DNA of 64,000 bases from Ylistrum balloti (taxonomy: Eukaryota): assembly GCF_031769215.1 (NCBI RefSeq), contig NW_026782301.1:124001-188000 (forward strand), in the 5' to 3' direction. A program made the translations under genes and the position numbers. Shown piece by piece: positions 1 through 12,300 of the stretch (position 1 is its first letter; each line of letters begins with the position of its first letter). The notes below the pieces were generated by a model. That model was not told where the DNA came from. It did no database searches and was given only the letters and a program-made list of their open reading frames with translations.

Positions 1-612
1 TATCCCATGTGGATTAGCAGGAACAAGGTTGGTATTGCCATAGCCTATTCATGGATGCAGGGAATAGTATTTTCTCTGGTTCCTGTAATATTACACTGGA
101 TACAATATGATTATTGGGAAGCTGTGTGTGCCATAGAATGGCAGCAGGAGAAAAAGCAAGCCATTTATTATGTAGTTACAGCATTCCTACTTTGTTTTTT
201 CCTACCAGGAATGGCTCTGGTGGTAAACTACTTTCTTGTGGTCCGAGAGGTCAGACGTGCATCAAGAACTTTGCAACCTTTTAATGAATTAAATGCCACA
301 AGGAAATCCAACTACAGCCAAAGTAATAAAGCCGTCAACAGTCTGCTTGTGGTTGTGATGGCCTATTTTGTGTGTATGACACCATTCAGTGTCACCAAAC
401 TCATCAAGGTCATCGTCCCAGACACCAGTTTTGTACCAGGGCGTATTAACACCCTGGCTAGTTTGGTTGGGTACTGCTCCAGTGCTGTTAATCCATTAAT
501 CTATGGGCTCCTGCGTAAGGATTTTAAGTACTCATACAAACTAATTCTAAAGAAGATTCTGAACCCAATGATGACAATTACGAATGAACTGACAGATCAC
601 ACAGTGCAGTGA
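1..612 (+). CDS. Rhodopsin-class (class A) GPCR, 3' part (TM4-TM7 and C-tail); 5'-truncated by window edge
   Basis: Frame is open from base 1 (YPMWISRNK...) to TGA at 610-612. It has hydrophobic TM blocks, TM5 FFLP, TM6 AYFVCMTPF (CWxP-like), TM7 SSAVNPLIYG (NPxxY) and helix 8 RKDFK. No intron in this segment. Subfamily not assignable by eye. Confidence 0.93.
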   Translation, partial: YPMWISRNKVGIAIAYSWMQGIVFSLVPVILHWIQYDYWEAVCAIEWQQEKKQAIYYVVTAFLLCFFLPGMALVVNYFLVVREVRRASRTLQPFNELNATRKSNYSQSNKAVNSLLVVVMAYFVCMTPFSVTKLIKVIVPDTSFVPGRINTLASLVGYCSSAVNPLIYGLLRKDFKYSYKLILKKILNPMMTITNELTDHTVQ

Positions 613-3109
613 TAAAGCTTACATTACAGGTAATCATTACATGTTTGTCAGTATACGCATGGGTCTTTCCATCCACTCAAACGTAGTATATAATATATTT
701 AAACTGATAAATGCAATGTAGAATTGATGAACTCATGGCAAGAAAAAATGTAAGCAATTGAAATCTAGCCACATGTTTCAAGTCTGAACTGAAAATTTAG
801 GATTCCTGATATGCAATGCCATAATTTCTATAAGATTCCTTCCTCCAAGCTCATGAGATGAGTGGACTCTTGGTAGATATTGTCAGTGTACATATGTAAG
901 CTCACAAACATCAAACCTCATCGTCATTGGTGTAAGGTCATATTGCTCACTGTTATTTACAAACTTTTTAAAAAAATCTGTTCAAGTTTCTTTGATGGTT
1001 AAAAATTTTAAGAGTTTTAACATGGCCTATTGGTTTCTCTGGTAATGTATGTCTTAAAAGATTTTACATCAGGAAGTGTTTACAAAATATGTTTACCTAT
1101 GTAAGAGAGATCAGTTTTAGAAATATAAGGTCATCAGATTTCTGTTACTATAGCTAGAACTAAATTAAACAAGGTGCAAACAATATTCTGTTTTACTGAA
1201 AGGATGAGAATAATAGATATGTTTGTAGTTGAGTTTTCATTTCCTGTGAGATTTTATGAAAGGAGTCTTAGAACAAAGTTAAGGTTTGCAAAAACTAGAA
1301 ATTCAAGACAAGTTTCAACAGAACAAAATCTGTAAGTATTGTATGTATGCTTATTTTATATGATAATCTTCATGTCTCTGATGTACCCCTAAAACCTAAC
1401 CATCCGTGATATCTGTATGACCATGTTGTAAATTGTCTAAATATGTCATTTTTCAATGCATGTATATTTTTTGTTTATCTCGCCCTTGAAAACGGAAAGA
1501 AATAAAATACCTAGAATATAACAAATATTGTAAACAACTATGACTATGGGAACAAAATAGAGATAACAACTATTGTTTAGGGATGACCGACAACGAACAG
1601 AGGGATATTTGCTCTGATGGTCGTGGGCTAATAATATTATTCACTGACACACAAAAGATAAGCATATCTAGCACACAACTCTGAAATAGGATCACACATT
1701 ATGTGTATCTTGTAAAAATGGTTAATATAACAGACTGAAAATTCAATGGAAAACTGGTATAGTAATGACTAAATAGCAACCGTAGTCATGTAAGTGTTGA
1801 TCCATCATTAAGGTCATGGATTTCACACATCAGAAAGTCAGGAGTGGTGTGTCTTAGACAACAAAATCGCCTATATATTGATATTTGATAGCAGGTGACA
1901 GGTCTGTACCAGCTAGGGCTACCTAGTAACTAACACATCACTTCTTACCTAAACATATATTTTTTCTGTACAAAATGATTGAAAAATGAGTATAGTACTG
2001 AAGGATTGTAAATAAAATTCCTATTTGGATGTTTAAGATTCTGAATGATTTATAGCTGACAACAAAGTCCCTTTTAATGTTTCTATGTATAATGTATATA
2101 AAGTGTATCCTGAGAGTGTAGAACTATTTAGTCTATATCTGATAGGTGTTTTGTGTCCAAACTTTAATGGCTAATTAGGAAGTACAGTCAGAACTTGTGA
2201 TCTCATAATTCAAGGTACCATGACTTATCCAAATTTTGTCTCAAAGTGTCAAATTTTGCTCAGATTTCCTATCATGCAAAAATCTATTCATATCATGTAG
2301 ACATTGATGCACATAATGCAGACATTGCACACACCATGTTAAGTTATGCTATCTCACAACTGTATGTTTTTATATGTATATATATCCTTATAGACTGTAC
2401 AGCTAGTATTTGTATTTTTCCCATCAATTAAATAAAACACCGTAACATTGTAAATGTGTTGATGTTTACTATGTGAGAGTATTTAATTGTTATGCAGACA
2501 CAAGGTAGTCACACAAAGTTGGGCACTATAACCTGTCTAACACTCTCAAGTCTCAACTAAACTAAAGACCGGTATATTTCATAATTATGGCAGTACAAAA
2601 GCAAAACCAGTCACATGACAATCACATGACCATGTCATGTGCAGTCAAGAGGCATTCTATGAATTAGTCATAGAAAACCCTATTCATAATTAAACAGACC
2701 TACAGCCTCAAAAGAACGATCCAACTGTAGTCAAACAAGGCACCAGAAATGACTGAAATTCCAGCGCTCCCATTTATAATAGAGTTGTGTTGTATTTAAG
2801 ATTTTCTATAAATAGTAACGATGACCCTGGCATACTAAAAACATGAACTCTTTCAAGGTATTATGACACTTGACCAATATGTGATGTTTGATTAAAATCG
2901 TTTGAGAAATGAAGTTGCCAGAAAGATGACAAATACTGAACATGCGTACATATGTATCCTCTCTACGGTCCAAGGGAACAATTCAAAATTATCACTGGAC
3001 AGAAAACTGTTGGTTTATTGAACTAATAACATGTTTGAACTATCTGCAAATGCAAACTGACTGAAAGTTTACAATAACTTAAAAATTTTGCAATTTAACT
3101 GAGACTTAC

Positions 3110-3322
3110 CTCCCCTTTGTCAACTTTCATTCCCTGTCCTTTGTAGGCATACATAGCTTTGACTTGTGGAATTTTTCTAGTTTCTACAACATCTTGAATA
3201 ACCTCCCTTTCAACAACCTCTTCAACCTCAATTTCATGAGGAACCTCAACCAGTTCTTCTACAAGTTCTTCCTCGTCTGAGTTCTTTCCATTTTCTTGCG
3301 GCATGAACTTTTCCGGAGAAAT
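3110..3322 (-). CDS. SPTBN5: beta-H spectrin coding exon 19: acidic Glu/Val linker and start of SH3 (…[22 protein letters not shown])
   Basis: ttacag|ATT acceptor, GAG|gtaagt donor, 71 codons, phase 0/0. Confidence 0.93.
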
Positions 3323-6300
3323 CTGTAAGGAAGAACATAATGTGACATTAACACAATCACATCTTTTTCTTATGAAACAGCCATGCATAACTCAACAGCA
3401 AACTAAACTTACACAAAAAAGGATGAACAAGTAATTGTCAACTATAAAATATATTCTGTAGAATTTCATACTAACATTATGTTCACTTGCAGCTTTTGTC
3501 ATCAACTGAGCTAGTTCATCTAGTCGCATTATTTCAGACTTGAACCCTCGGATTTCTTCTTCCAATCGGTTGTGCCGAGATAACAAAGCCTGAAGAACAG
3601 AAAAAGAAGTAATTACTTTCCATTTTAACTAAAACAAAAGTCATGAAATTTATAACTTTTTATGAGATGAAGTGAAACCTTTCTGTTTCTGAAAACAAAC
3701 TGTTCATACATACTAAGTTTTTGAAAGAAGATCTCTGCTAGAGACACAAACACAATCTGACACATCCTTTAACAAGGTTCAAATTCAAAGGATATTGGTG
3801 GTCTACAAAGTATTGAAAACACATCTGTTTCAGCATGGCTTAATACAAAATTCTTGATTAATTGACTGTGATAAATGGCTGATTAAAGGTATTCCAATCA
3901 AAAGGTCTAGTGATGGGATGATGATCAGATTTAATTATCTAATCCTTTAGCCATATCTGATTCAATGATCAATTGAAATTTTTCATTAACAATCATACTT
4001 ACCTCAATACTTTATTATGTTTTTGTAAAACAAAAGTCGAAAAAAAGATGCCAAATGTCAATATTTATTTTTGTGTTATTCTAGGTAAGGGAGGTATTTT
4101 ATGTCAAAGTGACAATAATATTAATTCTTGTGTTATTCTAGGTAAGGGAGGTATTTTAGATCAAAGTGACAATAATATTAATTCTTGTGTTATTCTAGGT
4201 ATTCACTGCCACAAAGAAGGAATTCTGTTTCTATGAATATTGAAGGCACAGCAAAGCATTATTTGATCAATTAACTATATCTGAAACCCTATCTGATTTT
4301 AACCCACAATCCATTTCTATTGATATTCATCACTATGCTAAACAAAATGCAGTCCTATTTGGGCTGATTTGTCAACCAGTAGCACTTAATTACCAGCTGT
4401 GACCTTTACACAACCAAGTGTACTTGATAATTATGGGTGGTACAGGAGTGTTTGATACAGTGGTTATTAGAACTTTCCCAACCATTACAAGATAGAAAAG
4501 AACATTTACCTGGGAGTTAGCTTCATCTCTACCATAGTCGTCACTGGTAACGATGGGCATCTTCTCCTTCATCCATGACTCGGCCTCGTTTGCATCAGCA
4601 TAGTACTGTAACAAAAAGTAACATTAACACAACCATAAAGCCTTTGGATCAAATGTAAGTTAGGAGACCCATCAATTAAATCTTTGATTCACTAGGCCGC
4701 GACAAGATAATTTATGAAATAGAATTAAAAACTTCCAAGTCCTAGGGGTGAAATGCCTTCATCATTTTCCTGTATTTTTTACAGACATACAATCCTGTTT
4801 AATGACTTATAATAACTCATCACTGCAGCAGATATCTCTGACTAATCAGAACTGTGCTTTCTGTTGGCTGCACTGAAATCAGCAATTTTCAGATGAATAT
4901 GAGGTAAAGGTTAAGAAAATTTTTGAATAAATAGTTCATCCTCACCTGTACTGGGAATACCAGTTTTTATTTCATTTCAATTCATATCTGTTAACAGTTT
5001 TATAAGCAACAACAGTAGAATATTCTATAGAGTACCCAAGTGAAAAATGATAATATTTCATCATCCAAAAACGTCATCTACATTACAACTTATAAGATTA
5101 TTTTACAAATTCCCATATCTGACACAGTAAATTTTAGATGTAAGGAAAAATCCTATTGAATTTGACATATATTTCACTGATATACCAAAGCTCTCATGTA
5201 AAATATCAAAACTGTGTCATATTAGTGAAATATGTAGGATATTCAACAGGAATTGATTTCTTTAATCAATTATGATTACAAATCAGTCCAAATGTAACTC
5301 ACACAGTTTTTCCAAACTGCATATTGTTAGGAACTGTTTCACATTAGATTTGATTGGGTATATGATAAACTCCACTGATAAAACTTTAATCAACCTTATC
5401 ACTGAATCAATGAGATTAGCCAATAAAATACAGACAACGAAATGTTGGTAAATCCCACTTTGTTTCCTGATAATGATCTCTGATCATATAAATAAGTTAA
5501 CAAGTGATAGGCCTAGGTTTACTCCAGGAGTACCTGTAAGTTAACAAGTGATAGGCCTAGGTTTACTCATGGAGTACCTGTAAGTTAACAAGTGATAGGC
5601 CTAGGTTTACTCATGGAGTACCTGTAAGTTAACAAGTGATAGGCCTAGGTTTACTCCAGGAGTACCTGTAAGTTAACAAGTTATAGGCCTAGGTTTACTC
5701 ATGGAGTACCTGTAAGTTAACAAGTGATAGGCCTAGGTTTACTCATGGAGTACCTGTAAGTTAACAAGTGATAGGCCTAGGTTTACTCCAGGAGTACCTG
5801 TAAGTTAACAAGTTATAGGCCTAGGTTTACTCATGGAGTACCTGTAAGTTAACAAGTGATAGGCCTAGGTTTACTCATGGAGTACCTGTAAGTTAACAAG
5901 TTATAGGCCTAGGTTTACTCATGGAGTACCTGTAAGTTAACAAGTGATAGGCCTAGGTTTACTCCAGGAGTACCTGTAAGTTAACAAGTTATAGGCCTAG
6001 GTTTACTCATGGAGTACCTGTAAGTTAACAAGTGATAGGCCTAGGTTTACTCATGGAGTACCTGTAAGTTAACAAGTTATAGGCCTAGGTTTACTCATGG
6101 AGTACCTGTAAGTTAACAAGTGATAGGCCTAGGTTTACTCATGGAGTACCTGTAAGTTAACAAGTGATAGGCCTAGGTTTACTCCAGGAGTACCTGTAAG
6201 TTAACAAGTGATAGGCCTAGGTTTACTCCAAGAGTACCTGTAAGTTAACAAGTGATAGGCCTAGGTTTACTCCAAGAGTACCTGTAAGTTAACAAGTGAT

Positions 6301-9300
6301 AGGCCTAGGTTTACTCCAAGAGTACCTGTAAGTTAACAAGTGATAGGCCTAGGTTTACTCCAAGAGTACCTGTAAGTTAACAAGTGATAGGCCTAGGTTT
6401 ACTCATGGAGTACCTGTAAGTTAACAAGTGATAGGCCTAGGTTTACTCCAAGAGTACCTGTAAGTTAACAAGTGATAGGCCTAGGTTTACTCCAAGAGTA
6501 CCTGTAAGTTAACAAGTGATAGGCCTAGGTTTACTCCAAGAGTACCTGTAAGTTAACAAGTGATAGGCCTAGGTTTACTCATGGAGTACCTGTAAGTTAA
6601 CAAGTGATAGGCCTAGGTTTACTCCAAGAGTACCTGTAAGTTAACAAGTGATAGGCCTAGGTTTACTCCAAGAGTACCTGTAAGTTAACAAGTGATAGGC
6701 CTAGGTTTACTCCAAGAGTACCTGTAAGTTAACAAGTGATAGGCCTAGGTTTACTCATGGAGTACCTGTAAGCTAACAAGTGATAGGCCTAGGTTTACTC
6801 ATGGAGTACCTGTAAGTTAACAAGTGATAGGCCTAGGTTTACTCATGGAGTACCTGTAAGTTAACAAGTGATAGGCCTAGGTTTACTCCAAGAGTACCTG
6901 TAAGTTAACAAGTAATAGGCCTAGGTTTACTCATGGAGTACCTGTAAGTTAACAAGTGATAGGCCTAGGTTTACTCCAAGAGTACCTGTAAGTTAACAAG
7001 TTATAGGCCTAGGTTTACTCATGGAGTACCTGTAAGTTAACAAGTGATAGGCCTAGGTTTACTCATGGAGTACCTGTAAGTTAACAAGTGATAGGCCTAG
7101 GTTTACTCCAAGAGTACCTGTAAGTTAACAAGTTATAGGCCTAGGTTTACTCATGGAGTACCTGTAAGTTAACAAGTGATAGGCCTAGGTTTACTCATGG
7201 AGTACCTGTAAGCTAACAAGTGATAGGCCTAGGTTTACTCATGGAGTACCTGTAAGTTAACAAGTGATAGGCCTAGGTTTACTCCAGGAGTACCTGTAAG
7301 TTAACAAGTGATAGGCCTAGGTTTACTCATGGAGTACCTGTAAGTTAACAAGTGATAGGCCTAGGTTTACTCATGGAGTACCTGTAAGTTAACAAGTGAT
7401 AGGCCTAGGTTTACTCCAAGAGTACCTGTAAGTTAACAAGTGATAGGCCTAGGTTTACTCATGGAGTACCTGTAAGTTAACAAGTGATAGGCCTAGGTTT
7501 ACTCATGGAGTACCTGTAAGTTAACAAGTGATAGGCCTAGGTTTACTCATGGAGTACCTGATGAGCTTCTATGCCATCTTCTATCTTGGTTTTTTTCAGC
7601 GTGGACAATTCCTTGAGTTGTTTCCACTTGTCCATTAAGCTGTTGATCTTGGAGCCAATTTCTGAGCGTGCCTTGTGTCCACTGTTGACCAGGTCTTGAC
7701 CTACTCCGCACATCTGTTCACAGCGGGGCCATCTTCCATGCATCTCTGCTTCCAGGGCCTGATGACAACAAATGTATTACTATTGGTTACTGTATTTGTG
7801 TTTTGCAGACATACGTAAGAATATGTCAAATTCTCCATTAATTCAGGACGGTCAATGTGGAAGAAATAAACTCGTCCTTTTTATATTTACACATAAACCA
7901 AAAGTGGCAAAACTTTTTATATTTACACATAAACCCAAAGTGGCAAAACTTTTTAATAATCAGGGTTATTCCTGGACCAAGGGGCTCTGGCTCCTAAAAA
8001 AGTCCATTTTTACTTTTATCTTTCACTCGATAATCAGGCTCATTGCTGTTAGCTCCCAGGATTTCTGCAGTTTGTTACTGATTTCAATCTAACTATTACC
8101 TCATGTTTCTTAAGCAGTACGAGAGCCGCATTGAGATCTTTGCCAATATTTGAAGACCGACAGACATCAATTTTTTCAAGGACCCATCTTTCTTCTTCTT
8201 CTGCATCCTGCAGGAACTGGTAGTATTTCTTGGCCACATCCAGACCTTTGTGTCGTACATTACTCATGTCATTCACCCTGTGTAAGTAATAAGTGGCATG
8301 TTTAGCATTTACACACTGTTATTATCTGCGTACAAACAGATAAAACATTGATGATAAGTGAATTTAACCAATATTGAGAATGACACTTCGACCTTTAATT
8401 CAGTTTCAGGCATTTTTAAAATTTATTGACAAATAGTAAACCTTTCATAGGCTTTGTTGACATCCCCAAGCCTCTGTTCTAATACAGTGCCCTCTGGATG
8501 AGAGGAGGAGGTGGAGCTCTTTGAGCGACGATTAAGATTTCGTATACGCTTGCCCAGAGCGTTGAGCTGTGTCTCAGCCAAGCTGTGCTGCTGAAGGTAT
8601 TCCTCTACAGCCTGTAGGTGCTTTCCATACTCGTCTATCTTCACCTTGTTCTGAAATGTAACATCATACATGAATATTGTATGTTGTGGATAGCACTGAG
8701 AGCATATCTTATCACAGTACTTCCTGAGTGTAAGCACCAAGTACTTACAGTACTTCAAAATTACAATTCTTGGTCTTGCACCATTTTTGCAATCCAGTAA
8801 AACACAGTTTTATTACCTCTACTTCTTTTAGTTCCTCCTGGATACTTTCTATTTCTCTGAACATATTCATAAGGTTATTGAAGCCAGACAGTGTGAGTTT
8901 CCTCTTCTCCAGTTTGTCAAGGAGAGCTTGCCATTTCTTGGCAATCCTGTCATCTCTACAACAGACAGGATGAGCTGTAAGTTACTCCATTTGGAGTTAT
9001 ATTACTTCTGTAACAGTTTCACAATACATTCACCTTACACTGCCCCCTTGTTAAAAGGTTATCTACTTTCTTCATCCAGTTTGTGTAATATTTGTTTACA
9101 TAATTGTTCATGACATTGTGTCAATGATAAAGATTAATGTATGTTATGATTACGTTCCATTTTTCATCAGTGGTGTTCATTTTTCTAGTTACAGTATGCC
9201 ATACAAATCGAGTATCATTAGATAATTTACAGGTGATATTGGTGAATTATAAAGAGAAACTTCAGTAAAATGACATCTATATATCTTTCCATACTTCATT

Positions 9301-12300
9301 AATCACTTAAAATTTTCCTAATATTGAAAAACTATTTTACAACTTGTTTGATTGATGTCATATTGTAACAAAATCTAATATCCTTAAGTTGTGTAACTGT
9401 AAATTTAAAAAAAAAAAAAAATTAAAAGAAATAAATATCTTTTTCTATCTTTTAACATATTTTTAATTCTGCCAATTTAATGTAAGATTCTGATATCAAT
9501 CTTTGACACAACAATGAAAAGCTGTATCTGTAACAATGTAATTATGTAACCTCACGTGATGTGACTAGTTGTCGTTCTGATCACTAGGGCTTGACAAGGA
9601 CTCACGTTTTTTGGACTGCTCCTTTTGCATGGTAATTTCCCTGAACAAGTTCATCAGCTAATCCTCTCAACGCCTTAAATCTGTCTTTCTGTAAATAAAG
9701 TGAGTCAAAGAATGACTTCATGTTTTCCATATATCCCCGACATTCTCGTAACGGTCGTATTTCATCTTGTTTTCTAATATCTTGTCACACAATTCATTAC
9801 TTCATCATTCATAATAAAACATTTTTTTTTGTTACAAGCATCTTGATTTTGTCAGCATCTTATACAGTCTACTACATGAGTTATCTACCCTTGCCAAGAT
9901 TTCAGTATCTTGTGCAAACTATTAGAAGAGTTACCTACCCTTGCCAAGATTTCAGCACTGATGGCTTCATGTTTCTTTACTGCAGCCTCTACAGTGGCCA
10001 CATCATCACACACAATCTTCTCATCTAAAATCTGACCCATGTCTTCCAGCCACGACTCTCGGATCTCACCCTGGAGAGACAAACTCAGATATGTACTGTT
10101 CCAGACATGAAAACTATTTAATTGTGGAAAAGGATTTATTTTGAAATAATTTGTTCAATACCATCTTTTAATCTGGGATACCAAAAACATAGGCAAACAG
10201 ATTTTGAAAAATGGAAAAATATTTTACAAAATACTCACTTTTCTTCTGAATCGTTGAGCAAGCTGTTCAAGTCGCTCTTGCCTAAAAGGAAAAAGAAATA
10301 AAATTAGATTTCATGATGAAGAAATCATCTTCTTATTCCAAATTACATACACATTTTCTACAAGAATACTTTATGAACATACCTATTTCAGCAGTGATTA
10401 CTAACCAGTTTTGTACTGAACGCACTATCCCAATGAGTTAGAATTTTGTGGTAAATGTTTAGAAGTGATTTCTAACCAGTTTTGTACTGAAGGCACTATC
10501 CCCATGAGTTCGACTTTTGTACTGAAGGCACTTTCCCAATGAGAATTGAGCTAAATGTGGTTATCTTTATTGCTTTGTCAAGCTTTTTTAATAAAATCCA
10601 ATTTGCAAAATGTTAATTCCATTCTTCACATGCAGAAAAATATGAATCCCTATGACCAATTATAATGTGACGACGATGAAGAACATTTTCTACAATATTT
10701 GTCAAAATAACTGATCATTTGATAAATTGTTATAAGTTAATCTGCAGCAAACATGAAAATCATCCACCTATTCTGAAGACAGTACCTGATCATTTCGTCC
10801 CTGAGTGCCACTTCCCTGACATGTTCAGATTTATCCAGACAGATCCAGGCTGTTTCTATATCATGAATGAGTTGTCCCTCTGGTGGTGTGTACAAAATCT
10901 GACCATTAGCCTTCAGTTTGGCCTGTATGTTGAAGTACTGAGCTTCAATGTTTCCTTTCTCCCTCATCCTGTAAGTAATAAAATAAGTCTTGAAATTAAA
11001 AATAACCGATGATGGAATTGAAAGTTCGATGTAGATTTTAAATACAATTCAAGAAAATTCTGAAGTGTAACTATTTTATATAATGTATAACTGAAATTAC
11101 CTTGGGTTTTTATTTTGTAAATATGAATAAGTTTAAACTAAACTAATCCAACCTATTCAGAAACACAAGAATATCATACTTGGGAGGTTTCTCCACTGTT
11201 CGATATTCCTTGAACTTAATCAGTTCTTTTTGTATTCCCTCCACTGAATTAGGGAAGTTGCGGTCATTGAGTTCCTCCACCTTCTGTACGATCCACTCAA
11301 GAAGGCGTGTGGTGAGTGTCTCATAGTCATCTACCATACGTTCTACATCCATCATCAGGCCAACGATCTGTAGTCAAAGGGAGACAACTCAGGGAAATAA
11401 ATGTGTACTTCAAATCAGGCATATTCTATTAAAATAATGTTCAGGAAAATCTTTCTTGTAAGAAACAATTAAAATAAAATCAAATATCTATGTGTCTATT
11501 TTAATCAGATTGGGAAGAACATCTCTGTGAAACTCCCTTCCTGTCTAGATAGACATATGTTGCCTTATCCACTTACTGTCTAGATAGACATATGTTGCCT
11601 TATCCACTTACTGTCTCGATAGACATATTTTACCTTATCTACTTCCTGTCTAGAATGAGAGATTTTACCTTATCCACTTACTGTCTCGATAGACATATTT
11701 TACCTTATCTACTTCCTGTCTAGAATGAGAGATTTAACCTTATCCACTTACTGTCTAGAATGATATATTTTACCTTATCTACTTCCTGTCTAGAATGAGA
11801 GATTTTACCTTATCCACTTACTGTCTCGATAGACATATTTTACCTTATCTACTTCCTGTCTAGATAGACATATTTTACCTTATCCACTTACTGTCTAGAA
11901 TGATATATTTTACCTTATCTACTTCCTGTCTAGAATGAGAGATTTTACCTTATCTACTTCCTGTCTAGAATGAGAGATTTAACCTTATCCACTTACTGTC
12001 TAGAATGATATATTTAACCTTATCCACTTACTGTCTAGAATGATATATTTTATCTTATCTACTTCCTGTCTAGAATGATATATTTTACCTTATCCACTTA
12101 CTGTCTAGAATGATATATTTTCCCTTATCCACTTACTGTCTAGAATGATATATTTTACCTTATCCACTTACTGTCTAGAATGAGAGATTTTACCTTATCT
12201 ACTTCCTGTCTAGAATGATATATTTTACCTTATCTACTTCCTGTCTAGAATGAGAGATTTTACCTTATCTACTTACTGTCTAGAATGATATATTTTACCT

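Noticed and set aside
613-3109. Search for the next spectrin exon (rest of SH3, expected DWW)
   Set aside because: No matching minus-strand coding segment found by eye; a manual scan could miss a very short exon
3110-3322. Alpha-spectrin assignment because of the SH3 domain
   Set aside because: The same transcript begins with tandem CH domains, which defines a beta chain; beta plus SH3 means beta-heavy spectrin
9551-9557. Second donor-like C|GTGAGG exactly 50 nt downstream of the exon-12 donor
   Set aside because: Only 7 nt (ctcacgt) are shared and readthrough hits TGA immediately; cannot be distinguished from chance
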